IMG/VR virus record: IMGVR_UViG_3300034053_000029
Coordinates: 1-64,000 of that record
Origin: a virus
Lineage: Duplodnaviria > Caudoviricetes
Direction: 5' to 3' (one strand)
DNA: 64,000 bases
Shown: positions 38,255-46,901 of the stretch, piece by piece
Numbering within the stretch: the stretch's first letter is position 1
Layout: each line of letters starts with the position of its first letter
Translations under genes and position numbers: made by a program
The notes under the pieces: model-generated
What the model was told of the DNA's origin: nothing
Seen by the model: the letters and a program-made list of their open reading frames with translations, nothing else
Databases searched by the model: none

Positions 38255-38745
38255 TTTACTCCTACTTTGTAATTTTGACCATTGAATTTAGCGGATAATC
38301 GTTCATATTCTGCACGTTCTCGTTGCAAGTTATCTTCAGCGACCTTACGTTCTTTCTCTACCTTTTCTTGCTCAAGTTTAGATGCCTTTTCATCGGCAAT
38401 CTTCTTAAGTCTTGCAATTTCATTATCACGGAGCACTTTGATTTCTTCAAACAATGCTTCATGGCTTTCAATAATATCATCAAATCCATCATCAGAACCA
38501 TAAGTATAGTTGTATGCATACTCCACGGGAGCACCGTTTATGAGAATGTCAAAGTCATAATCTGGTTCACGTCGATCATGCTCGTGTATATTTTTCCATT
38601 GAATTTGACCCCATCGTTTGGCAATGCTTTCTTTATTAAGATATGTCTCAAGAATAAAGTCTGCGCCCCATGAATCCATAACACCTCCTCGACATGTATC
38701 GACACCATCACGTTTGTATGCAATCAATGTAAATATTGTGGTCAT
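38251..38745 (-). CDS. Hypothetical protein with coiled-coil tail
   Basis: ERAEYERLSAKF. Confidence 0.65.
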   Translation of the reverse strand: MTTIFTLIAYKRDGVDTCRGGVMDSWGADFILETYLNKESIAKRWGQIQWKNIHEHDRREPDYDFDILINGAPVEYAYNYTYGSDDGFDDIIESHEALFEEIKVLRDNEIARLKKIADEKASKLEQEKVEKERKVAEDNLQRERAEYERLSAKFNGQNYKVGVK

Positions 38746-39029
38746 AATTTCACTCCGAAGTGTTCTTTTATCTTACATTCCATTACGCTATAAGGCATCA
38801 TTTTTAGTTGACAATATTCTGCCTGCTCAATTGCTATTGGTATACATTCCTTCACCGCACACTCAAATCCTTCTTGGAATGTTTGCCAATGATCCTCGAC
38901 GGTTGGATTACTATACTCTCCGTTTGGTAAGCGTGGGTAAATCTCTTTGCTGCCATCAAACGAAAGCACTGACAACCCAAAACTAGGTGCCGTGACTTTC
39001 TCAAACAGTTCTCTGATTTTATCGTTCAT
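38742..39029 (-). CDS. MNERI-family small protein with insert
   Basis: MNDKIRELF...AVKEC...IKEHFGVK. Confidence 0.7.
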   Translation of the reverse strand: MNDKIRELFEKVTAPSFGLSVLSFDGSKEIYPRLPNGEYSNPTVEDHWQTFQEGFECAVKECIPIAIEQAEYCQLKMMPYSVMECKIKEHFGVKL

Positions 39030-39394
39030 TTCATTTCCTTCCCAAGTTTGGCAGCAAGTTCAACGATAACACGCCGAGCCGCAGCAAGAGGATCAGTCAC
39101 GCCATCTTGTCTTGCGGAACGATAGTTTGGATCATAACCAACATTGTTCTCAGCACACACCATTCTTGCCTTCACATTATCAAACGCACAATCAACATAT
39201 AGATTCAAGTTCAACTTCACCATTAGTCGGAAAGCATCGCCATCGTCGGTAAGTGGGTCCCATATTCCATTGATAAGGGCATCGAATTCCTCATCAACGC
39301 TGAGTTCGCTATCAGGGTCTGGTAAGTATTCCTTGTAAGTAATGCCCGCTGCTTTTGCTGCCAACTCAAGAAGTTCCCTATCGTTTTCGTTCAT
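39026..39394 (-). CDS. Conserved phage protein (WxPLxDDGDAxRL family)
   Basis: DRELLELAAKAAG...WDPLTDDGDAFRL...AARRVIVELAA. Confidence 0.7.
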   Translation of the reverse strand: MNENDRELLELAAKAAGITYKEYLPDPDSELSVDEEFDALINGIWDPLTDDGDAFRLMVKLNLNLYVDCAFDNVKARMVCAENNVGYDPNYRSARQDGVTDPLAAARRVIVELAAKLGKEMK

Positions 39395-39672
39395 AGTGTT
39401 GACTCCAATTTTGGCACCGCCAAACATCGCATTAGAGCCGCTTCTGCCTCTTGTATTTCTTCGTGGGTGCTTGCACGATCCCATTTAACTATTGCACTTC
39501 GACACTGTTGAGCATACGCATTACATCTGATGAGAGTATTACGAAGATTGTCTGTAAATAGTGCAATGTCTTCTTCCCACTTTCCAGAGTCTGACTTACA
39601 ATCCATTCCGATTGCCTTACAGTGTGAATAAAGCCAGATCAACTCTGGCGGCGGAAGTTTCTTATCGTTCAT
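39391..39672 (-). CDS. Hypothetical protein
   Basis: ELIWLYSHCKAIGMDCKSDSGKWE. Confidence 0.6.
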   Translation of the reverse strand: MNDKKLPPPELIWLYSHCKAIGMDCKSDSGKWEEDIALFTDNLRNTLIRCNAYAQQCRSAIVKWDRASTHEEIQEAEAALMRCLAVPKLESTL

Positions 39673-39673
39673 A

Positions 39674-39919
39674 CTACACTCTCCTGTTCCACTTGTCAAT
39701 CGCTTCTTGCTTAGAATTACCAACCATTTCTACACCACACCCACCTGTAGTTTCGGGGCAATTCATACTGTAGCACCACTGTTCTTTTGGCACATCACGG
39801 AAACTGACAAAATGCCTAAGACCACTTCGCTCACTATATGCCCAACCAACACCACTTGGATATAGTGTATCGGGTTCTTCCATATCAACTTCTTTACCGC
39901 AGAACGGACAAGGTTTCAT
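39674..39919 (-). CDS. Lar-family restriction-alleviation-like Zn-ribbon protein
   Basis: MKPCPFCG...C....GCG...EAIDKWNRR. Confidence 0.75.
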   Translation of the reverse strand: MKPCPFCGKEVDMEEPDTLYPSGVGWAYSERSGLRHFVSFRDVPKEQWCYSMNCPETTGGCGVEMVGNSKQEAIDKWNRRV

Positions 39920-39928
39920 TTATTATCC

Positions 39929-40168
39929 TCAACGATATTTCAATAAAAGCAAAGTGTATTGCTCGTCTGTGAATTCCATTGTTGTCAATGGGCTGTATCT
40001 ATTATACGCAACCGAACCAGCAAATACTGGTACTACATTCCCGCCAAATTCTTCAACTAACGCATCAACGACAGAATTTTTCTTTTCTTGTTTCACTTGT
40101 TCTATCCAATAATCTGCTGCATTCTCTCTAACACGCTGTGGCAAATCATTCCAACTAACACGGATCAT
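39929..40168 (-). CDS. LKW-family small protein (dispersed)
   Basis: FTDEQYTLLLLKYR. Confidence 0.65.
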   Translation of the reverse strand: MIRVSWNDLPQRVRENAADYWIEQVKQEKKNSVVDALVEEFGGNVVPVFAGSVAYNRYSPLTTMEFTDEQYTLLLLKYR

Positions 40169-40365
40169 TATCCAAACCTCAATACAAGCATAGTGGCAGT
40201 TTCTTCGGTTGTGTAGATGACATTATTTCCGCCATCGAGACGACGGATATATCCGATATCTTCCAACCATTCCCAAATCTCGTCCAACTCACGAAGAAAA
40301 GCATTATGAACTTCTACTCTAACGACACTTCCGGTTGGAGGTACTTTGGAAATGTTGAAGTTCAT
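40168..40365 (-). CDS. LKW-family small protein (dispersed)
   Basis: TTEETATMLVLRFG. Confidence 0.65.
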   Translation of the reverse strand: MNFNISKVPPTGSVVRVEVHNAFLRELDEIWEWLEDIGYIRRLDGGNNVIYTTEETATMLVLRFG

Positions 40366-40544
40366 TTTATCAACCCAAAATGATATTTGATTGAACTAAT
40401 AGCATCGTCAATCGCATCTTCCTTTGCTGCCATTCGCTCGTAGTAATCTCGTGACTCGTAGCCGCCAACATCAGCATACGACGCTTTCATATCCTCTAAA
40501 ATCTCCAACACCGTTTCCAAATCTGATTTAACTTTGGTCATCAT
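40362..40544 (-). CDS. Hypothetical protein
   Basis: Ends IKYHFGLIK like MNERI family. Confidence 0.55.
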   Translation of the reverse strand: MMTKVKSDLETVLEILEDMKASYADVGGYESRDYYERMAAKEDAIDDAISSIKYHFGLIK

Positions 40545-40774
40545 TCTACTCCGAAATAGTCCATAATATAGAATGGAAGTTTCTCTGGTTCTTTCTCGAA
40601 AACACCAATCAACCTTGCCGAATTTACAAAACTAGCACACTCTTTGACGATCAACTCTGCGAAATTTTCGGCAAATGTTTTTAGTTCGGTATTATATGAT
40701 ATCTGTTTATTGATATCTTCTTCAGCCATTATCTTTGCCTGAACAGCAAGTGCATTGATTCGCTCGTTCATCAT
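40541..40774 (-). CDS. MNERI-family small protein
   Basis: MNERINALA...FAELIVKEC...YFGVE. Confidence 0.75.
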   Translation of the reverse strand: MMNERINALAVQAKIMAEEDINKQISYNTELKTFAENFAELIVKECASFVNSARLIGVFEKEPEKLPFYIMDYFGVE

Positions 40775-40956
40775 TCTACTATTCCAAAATGTTCATTGAT
40801 GAAGTGTCCTGCCAATGGCTGAAACTTTTTATATGCAACATCAGTACATTCTTTGATAATCAACTCTGCGAATTTCTCCATTCCTGGCTTGCACATATCA
40901 TACACATCAGGATGATATCCAGCCTGTGCCGCAAGTTCTTTGATTCGTTCATTCAT
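40771..40956 (-). CDS. MNERI-family small protein
   Basis: MNERIKELAAQAG...FAELIIKEC...HFGIVE. Confidence 0.75.
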   Translation of the reverse strand: MNERIKELAAQAGYHPDVYDMCKPGMEKFAELIIKECTDVAYKKFQPLAGHFINEHFGIVE

Positions 40957-41121
40957 CTTCGCTTACTCCCGCAATCATTTCATCCATTTCTTCAGCCAAT
41001 TCCGCTAACTCTAATCTCGCAGCAATCCGAGAAGGAATTGAGAAAAAAACATGAGAATCCTCACTGTTTAGTGCTTCCCGCAACCGCAAGTATTCTTCTA
41101 ACACTTCGGAAAATTTACGCA

Positions 41122-41367
41122 TCATTCTACTCCAAAGTGTTCTTCGATTTTACATTTCAAATCCCAGGTAGATATAGTCCGATCTTCTAGCAACTTACAA
41201 TTCTCTTCCTGGACATAACCCACCGCCACTTGAGCGCATTCCTTGACGATCAACTCTGCGAACTTTTTATACATCACCATTGGTTGTGCTACAGTATCTG
41301 TTGGTTCTTCTTCTACTGCTTCTCTTGCTGCCTGTAATAAAAATTCTGCAAGTCGCTCGTTCATCAT
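41122..41367 (-). CDS. MNERI-family small protein
   Basis: MNERLAEF...FAELIVKEC...HFGVE. Confidence 0.75.
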   Translation of the reverse strand: MMNERLAEFLLQAAREAVEEEPTDTVAQPMVMYKKFAELIVKECAQVAVGYVQEENCKLLEDRTISTWDLKCKIEEHFGVE

Positions 41368-41368
41368 T

Positions 41369-41608
41369 CTAACTCCAAGTATATGCGTGATCAATCAGTG
41401 CGTCAATATAATCGAATGCGTAGGACTGGTAGTACCAATCTTTTCCGGCACACGATACCTCATACAAAGAATAAAGGTTGCCATTGCGAACTACTTTTGC
41501 ACCAGACTCGCTAAACCAATTGATATAACATTCTTCACCATCTGCGAGTGCGAGGACTTTTTCTTTGTCTTGTTGCTTATTTGGCATTTCGTTGCTCCGT
41601 TTCGTCAT
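41369..41608 (-). CDS. Hypothetical early protein
   Basis: After promoter; GGAG RBS favours MPNKQ start. Confidence 0.6.
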   Translation of the reverse strand: MTKRSNEMPNKQQDKEKVLALADGEECYINWFSESGAKVVRNGNLYSLYEVSCAGKDWYYQSYAFDYIDALIDHAYTWS

Positions 41609-41619
41609 TCGATGAACAA

Positions 41620-41669
41620 ATTATAGCATACCCAAACCAAAAATCAACAACTTTGGTAAGTCGTTGATT
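41620..41669 (-). promoter_or_regulatory. Early promoter with IHF box and extended -10
   Basis: TTGATT-16-TATAAT (TG at -15/-14); AATCAACGACTTA. Confidence 0.75.
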
Positions 41670-41857
41670 CATAACCACTTTAAAGTGAAAAGTGTCGCAT
41701 CCTCTTCATTTTGAAACACTATCTCATCGTAGGAATCAATGTACCAGTTAGTATGATGCGGTTGCCCAAAATGCTCGATACACCACGCCCAAAATCTAGG
41801 CAAGTTTCCCACATAATCAAACCGAGTAGCAGCAGGAACTTTGACTTTTACAACCAT
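41669..41857 (-). CDS. LKW-family small protein (dispersed)
   Basis: WCIEHFG...FQNEEDATLFTLKWL. Confidence 0.8.
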   Translation of the reverse strand: MVVKVKVPAATRFDYVGNLPRFWAWCIEHFGQPHHTNWYIDSYDEIVFQNEEDATLFTLKWL

Positions 41858-42036
41858 TTCATTGCAAACAGAATAGCGTCTGCTTCCTTGTCGAAAAAAT
41901 AATCGATCATAGTTTTATCGTAAGTGTAATATCCGTCTTGATGTAAGTCATTAGTGATATAGCTCTTACAGTTCTTTCTCGCCCAAGTCAATGCCTCCCA
42001 AGTCGGATCGTAAGGTAGAGTAACATGAATACTCAC
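41848..42036 (-). CDS. LKW-family small protein (dispersed)
   Basis: FDKEADAILFAMKWL. Confidence 0.8.
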   Translation of the reverse strand: MSIHVTLPYDPTWEALTWARKNCKSYITNDLHQDGYYTYDKTMIDYFFDKEADAILFAMKWL

Positions 42037-42320
42037 TCTTTGAATTCCTCTGCCATCATAACCGCAAGTAGAATATCATGCTTGGATGGACGTTTACCTT
42101 TCTTTACATCTTTCTCCCAACGCTTCTTATCTACATTATATAACCAATCTGCATACATTCGTGCGCCACGAGGAAGATGTTCTCTGAACTTGACATACCC
42201 TTTCACCACTTCACAATTAGCACTATATCGACTATAGTTCCATGCTTGAGGACGAAGTGGAGAATCGTCAGGGAAATATCCAATGATCATTTGTATGGTT
42301 TCGCTTTCAAGAGTGCCCAA
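42033..42320 (-). CDS. Small protein, triplet family member 1
   Basis: TIQMIIGY...YADWLY...P..HDILLA. Confidence 0.6.
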   Translation of the reverse strand: MGTLESETIQMIIGYFPDDSPLRPQAWNYSRYSANCEVVKGYVKFREHLPRGARMYADWLYNVDKKRWEKDVKKGKRPSKHDILLAVMMAEEFKE

Positions 42321-42577
42321 GTAAGTTCTTCATTTGTTGGACCACCAACAATTTTATTTTTCAAAAATGCACCTGTTGTAGTATCGTATAACCAAGTTGC
42401 ATGGTACATAGCATATGACGGCAATGCTTGATTTGGTAAAAGACTACATGAGTCAAAAGATGTATATTCGTGAAGTTCTCTTCTACCTCCAATTGTTATT
42501 ACACCCAGTTTACGGTCAAATTCTTCATAATAACCGATTATCATTTGTATGGTATCGCTTGTAACATCATCCAACAA
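42287..42577 (-). CDS. Small protein, triplet family member 2
   Basis: TIQMIIGY...ATWLYD...PTNEELTWALLKAKPYK. Confidence 0.6.
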   Translation of the reverse strand: MLDDVTSDTIQMIIGYYEEFDRKLGVITIGGRRELHEYTSFDSCSLLPNQALPSYAMYHATWLYDTTTGAFLKNKIVGGPTNEELTWALLKAKPYK

Positions 42578-42774
42578 AGTTCTTCTTCGGTGGGTGTAGT
42601 ATTATCCAATGTTCGACTTTTAATCACTTGCTTTGTGTCACAGTCATAAATCCATTGTGCCATTTGGATGAAATTTAAACTATACCTGCCGTGGTAAGAG
42701 TATATCTTTTCCTTTTTAAAAACAATGACGTTGGCAGAACTATTGGGGTCGTGTAAAAATTTACCTATCATCAT
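42541..42774 (-). CDS. Small protein, triplet family member 3
   Basis: AQWIYD...PTEEELCWMMLQAIPYK. Confidence 0.6.
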   Translation of the reverse strand: MMIGKFLHDPNSSANVIVFKKEKIYSYHGRYSLNFIQMAQWIYDCDTKQVIKSRTLDNTTPTEEELCWMMLQAIPYK

Positions 42775-43259
42775 TTTGATTTGTCTTTCGAGAGAGTTGC
42801 CAACATGATGTAGTTATCGTGTGCTTGTTTCGTTGCTTCGTTGGTATTTACTTCTTTCGCTTTTTCAGCAATCCGATCCATGATTTTTCTTGTTATGTCA
42901 AACTTATTTGGATATCGAATACAAAATCTACCACCAAATGCTTCCTCACATTTATGCCATGCATCTAATTGCTCTTGTGTAAATGGTTTAGATGCATCTG
43001 GTTCTGCCAATGATGCAGTTAATATAACATCGATCAATTCGTTTTCCATAATCAATGCCGCCGCCTCGATGGACGCAAAGTCGGGATCAACATTGTATCG
43101 AGTGATTGCACTGTTCTTAGATACAACTGTTATATGATTACCAAATTGATATGCTCGACCAGATTCATAATATTGGGTTTCATACTCACCAACAGGTTCA
43201 TAACGTGGTCTGCCACCAGTTTGAACTTTCTTGTAGTAAAATTGTCGTTCTGGTTTCAT
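42771..43259 (-). CDS. Hypothetical protein with C-terminal helix family motif
   Basis: NEATKQAHDNYIMLATLSK. Confidence 0.65.
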   Translation of the reverse strand: MKPERQFYYKKVQTGGRPRYEPVGEYETQYYESGRAYQFGNHITVVSKNSAITRYNVDPDFASIEAAALIMENELIDVILTASLAEPDASKPFTQEQLDAWHKCEEAFGGRFCIRYPNKFDITRKIMDRIAEKAKEVNTNEATKQAHDNYIMLATLSKDKSK

Positions 43260-43663
43260 GATACTCTTAATCCAGCTTTACGAAGAGAATCAATTGCAGT
43301 ATGACGATTCACCCCATCATCCAATTTCAATGTTTTAGATACGCCAGAATCAAGTTCATCTGCAATATCTTTTGCCTCTCTCAAACCAAGACCACTAGCG
43401 AAACGAATCTGTTTAATAATAGAAACAAAGTTGTAGTCTTGTCGACAGTTTTTACCGTACAACGTAATTGTGCTAGTGGTTTTTCCAGATAGCATATCCA
43501 TAAACACGGCATGTTTGAACTCGGTGCCAACTACCTCAGACAATCTATCCCAAGTAGCATGACCATCTTCTACGCCATACGCATCGGTAATTGCGGCAAG
43601 AAGTTCTAAACCACAATCGATTATCCGATCTTTTTGTTCGTTAGTAATGGCGTTAAAGTTCAT
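43256..43663 (-). CDS. Protein with ribosomal bL12 (L7/L12) C-terminal-like domain
   Basis: VSIIKQIRFASGLGLREAKDIAD. Confidence 0.7.
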   Translation of the reverse strand: MNFNAITNEQKDRIIDCGLELLAAITDAYGVEDGHATWDRLSEVVGTEFKHAVFMDMLSGKTTSTITLYGKNCRQDYNFVSIIKQIRFASGLGLREAKDIADELDSGVSKTLKLDDGVNRHTAIDSLRKAGLRVS

Positions 43664-43998
43664 TTCGCTTTCTCTTGTTTCATTATTTGAATGAGTCGAT
43701 TCTGTCGACAATTCTCTTCAAATTTCTCAATCCTCTTTGCATCTGCTGCACCTATTACTCTAACATATTCAAGCGCCGCCTGCCAACCAACCAAAAACGA
43801 CATAGCACCTGCAACCGTACCATAATAACCAAACTGAGTATCAGGAGCGTAGCAAGGTAGGCAATCGTGAGTATCATCACGTTTAGGAATGAGAGCAATA
43901 TCGGCAAATTGGTATTTAGAAGAAACAACAGAGAAACCGAGTTTCTCTGCTATAGTCTCCATATCTTTGATGTCTTTGTAGTCTCTGTAGTTCATCAC
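43660..43998 (-). CDS. Hypothetical protein
   Basis: ORF track. Confidence 0.6.
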   Translation of the reverse strand: MMNYRDYKDIKDMETIAEKLGFSVVSSKYQFADIALIPKRDDTHDCLPCYAPDTQFGYYGTVAGAMSFLVGWQAALEYVRVIGAADAKRIEKFEENCRQNRLIQIMKQEKAK

Positions 43999-44022
43999 AG
44001 TCCTCTTCTAAAATCTTCGTTT

Positions 44023-44077
44023 TGATAAATAATATTATAACCAAAGGAGAATCAATATGTCCAGCACTTATTCATAA
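44023..44077 (+). pseudogene. Scar of a deleted endonuclease cassette: late promoter, RBS and 6-codon stub
   Basis: GATAAATA...AAGGAGAATCAATATGTCCAGCACT matches 50872-50895 start region. Confidence 0.6.
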
Positions 44078-45348
44078 TGAAGAGTTTCTCCGTGCGGTGC
44101 TTTAGCAGATTGGTTTTTATACATTAACCAAATTGTCGAAAACTTATCTGCATATTCCTCGCCCCAAGACGAAACATAGCCATCAGTAAAAATAATCGCT
44201 TGTTTTGGATTGTGATCATTTTCTTCGCACCACTTCCAGATACACGTTGGGTCAGTTCCACCACCACCTTTATATGTGGCATTTACAATAGCATCTATAC
44301 CATCGTCTTCTGTGAATTCGCCAGTATAATAAAAGTCAGTATCCCAAGTTCCAATTGTAATCTTATATCCAGAATATTGACCACAAATCCCAACGATTTC
44401 AGACATAAAATCACGCATTTCTGTTTGACCAATTGATCCACTAAGATCGAGAAACACACTCAATTCAATCGTCGGTTCCTTTTTCATCGAAGGAAGGATT
44501 GCATCGCAACCCCAACCACGACGAGAAGGTTTCATGAACGTGAAGTCATTCTTGATCTGAGAATCGATCTGTTGCTGAAGATACGATCTCCAATCCATTT
44601 TGCATTCTGTCAGGCCATCGATGTAACGACGGATTCCTGCAGGAATTTGGCCAGGTTGAACCGATTGTGCAGCAGCAAGCATTGCCTCTTTCAATTCATC
44701 TGCAATGGCTTGCTTTTCTTCTGCTGACAATTTTGGTCGACCTTTTCCTTCACCTTCTTCGTCGCCATCTCCTTCACCATCACCATCTTGATCACCATCA
44801 AGGTGTTCATCAAGCAATTGCTTTGCAAGTTGCTGCATATCGATCTTCTCGGCATTCTCATAAAGAGAATCATAAATTTCTTCTGATGCCATACCCTTGT
44901 ACTTTGGATCAAACAAAGTAGGAACCGTAGTAATGCGTTCTCCAATACGTTGATCGATCAGGTCACGGTTAATCGCATAGTCTGCGGCAATGTTCCATAG
45001 TTGAGGAATGCGATGACCACAACGACCACTCAGACCAACGTGATCGTATATGCAATGTAGAAGTTCATGCCCAACCAAGAATGTAACTTCCTTGTCCTTG
45101 AGCTTATTCACAAACTCAGAATTGTAATAAAGGTTACGACCATCTGTAGCGGCAGTCGGACACCAATCGTCAGCATTAACCAGTTGCAACCGAGTTGCGA
45201 TATTACCAAAGAATGGTTGTGAGAAAAGCAACGAAATGCGAGAGACAATGATCTTCTCTTTCGCCGCCTTATCCGTAGCAGGATTGGTTACGGTTCCAGT
45301 CTTTTCTTTCTTCGCTGAGACAACTTCTTTTGTCATTTTGAACCCCAA
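44068..45348 (-). CDS. Metallopeptidase-like (HExxH) + VWA domain protein
   Basis: TAATDG..LYYN, HELLH, WNIAADY.IN, DLSGSI, GGGT. Confidence 0.9.
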   Translation of the reverse strand: MGFKMTKEVVSAKKEKTGTVTNPATDKAAKEKIIVSRISLLFSQPFFGNIATRLQLVNADDWCPTAATDGRNLYYNSEFVNKLKDKEVTFLVGHELLHCIYDHVGLSGRCGHRIPQLWNIAADYAINRDLIDQRIGERITTVPTLFDPKYKGMASEEIYDSLYENAEKIDMQQLAKQLLDEHLDGDQDGDGEGDGDEEGEGKGRPKLSAEEKQAIADELKEAMLAAAQSVQPGQIPAGIRRYIDGLTECKMDWRSYLQQQIDSQIKNDFTFMKPSRRGWGCDAILPSMKKEPTIELSVFLDLSGSIGQTEMRDFMSEIVGICGQYSGYKITIGTWDTDFYYTGEFTEDDGIDAIVNATYKGGGGTDPTCIWKWCEENDHNPKQAIIFTDGYVSSWGEEYADKFSTIWLMYKNQSAKAPHGETLHYE

Positions 45349-45518
45349 GGTTGATCGTATTTCATTATGTAGTACAACTTCACTTGTTCCATCATTTCTT
45401 TTAGCACAGGATCATTTGCTGCTGCCATCCTGATGCTATGCCACAATTGAGTTTCCTGCAGCGCAGAATTTAATAATCGCTGAGAACTCGGACCTACCAT
45501 GTGCATCATATTTTGCAT
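45333..45518 (-). CDS. Small protein with LEQ.KL.Y helix motif
   Basis: AANDPVLKEMMEQVKLYYIMK. Confidence 0.6.
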   Translation of the reverse strand: MQNMMHMVGPSSQRLLNSALQETQLWHSIRMAAANDPVLKEMMEQVKLYYIMKYDQPWGSK

Positions 45519-45570
45519 ATCTTGAATGGGACAACATGATTATATTTCACATTGTCCCAAGTGTCAAGAA

Positions 45571-46680
45571 TTATTGTTGAGAAGACTTCAGAATGAGCTT
45601 TCCGTACTTGCTGTAAAACTCACCGAAATTGGTCATCTTCGCAGGGTTCAACGGCAGGTTGTACTGTTGCAGCATTGCACGAACCGACATCACCGTGATT
45701 TCAACCGAGAAGTTATCCATCATGAACTTGACGCAGTTATCCACCATTTCATGCCACTTGGATTCGTTCTTCTTATCCTTGCTATATTGGTTCTTCCAAC
45801 TATCGTCAAGCTCATAAGCACAAGACGTAGCAAGAGAATACATGGCCGAGATTTCCTTCGTCTTCAACTCCGTCACTTTCTTGGTGAAGATTTCCATTGG
45901 AAGTGGCAACTTTGAACTTACCTTGCGGTGAGCAAAGAACTTGAGTGCAAGACCTTCACCAACGGTTCCAGACACAAGATCAGTCGTTGTGGTTTCGTCT
46001 TGATCGTCCTCAGAAATCAACTGAGAAACGAATTCCCAAGAACGAGGGGTTGCGAATGCCTTGCTGTTTGACTTAGGATCAAAGTCGTACAGACTGTTCT
46101 TGCTGAAGTTCAAGAATCCAACCACATCAGAGTGAATCTTGTTCTCAAGTGCCCACTCATGCCAAGAGTCAAAATCGACACGAAGTTCAAGGTGGACGAA
46201 ACGATTTGCCAATGGTGTTGGCATACGATAAGTTACCCCACGATCACCATCACGATTACCTGCAGCAAACACCACCACGTTATCAGGCAACGTGTAGGTT
46301 CCGACCTTGCGATTCAGAATCAATTGGTATGCTGCTGCTTGGGTTGCAGGTGCGGCAGAATTCAATTCGTCCATGAACAGGAACACGATAGGATACTTCG
46401 ATGCAGTTTCCAGATCAGGAAGATCGATAGGTGGTGCCCATTCCATCTTGCCAGTATCCTTGTTGTAATAAGGCATACCACGCAGATCGGTTTGCTCGAC
46501 AGTGCTTAGACGCATGTCATACAAACGACCACCCATTTCACGACAGAGACCGGCAACGATGTCACTCTTACCAACTCCTGGTGGCCCCCAAATCATTGCA
46601 GGACGCTTTGCCTTGATGCAACGCTTCAGGGAACGACGGAGACCTTGGGAGGTAACGGTGCGACTTTCGGTAACTTGCAT
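45571..46680 (-). CDS. MoxR-like AAA+ ATPase
   Basis: GPPGVGKS, LFMDELN, AAGN, PLANRF, TPRSWE. Confidence 0.9.
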   Translation of the reverse strand: MQVTESRTVTSQGLRRSLKRCIKAKRPAMIWGPPGVGKSDIVAGLCREMGGRLYDMRLSTVEQTDLRGMPYYNKDTGKMEWAPPIDLPDLETASKYPIVFLFMDELNSAAPATQAAAYQLILNRKVGTYTLPDNVVVFAAGNRDGDRGVTYRMPTPLANRFVHLELRVDFDSWHEWALENKIHSDVVGFLNFSKNSLYDFDPKSNSKAFATPRSWEFVSQLISEDDQDETTTTDLVSGTVGEGLALKFFAHRKVSSKLPLPMEIFTKKVTELKTKEISAMYSLATSCAYELDDSWKNQYSKDKKNESKWHEMVDNCVKFMMDNFSVEITVMSVRAMLQQYNLPLNPAKMTNFGEFYSKYGKLILKSSQQ

Positions 46681-46709
46681 TTCTATTTCCTTTTAGATAT
46701 GGAGGTTAG

Positions 46710-46738
46710 ATTATATTACGATTGTTTCTGAGTGTCAA
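46710..46738 (-). promoter_or_regulatory. Early promoter
   Basis: TTGACA-17-TATAAT. Confidence 0.8.
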
Positions 46739-46901
46739 TACGTTCGACTTGTTTATCGAGCAACCAACCACGTTTTGTTTGACGGGTCTTTTCGACTGCC
46801 TCGATCCATTTTTGCTGCATACGTTCATTGTCTTTAAACAATAGTGTAGCACGTTCTTGAAGAGTTAGTTTATTGATAATCATGCGTTGTATCCTTGCCA
46901 A
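46716..46901 (-). CDS. Hypothetical protein
   Basis: Q.KWIEAV....RGWLLDK.V. Confidence 0.55.
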   Translation of the reverse strand: MARIQRMIINKLTLQERATLLFKDNERMQQKWIEAVEKTRQTKRGWLLDKQVERIDTQKQS

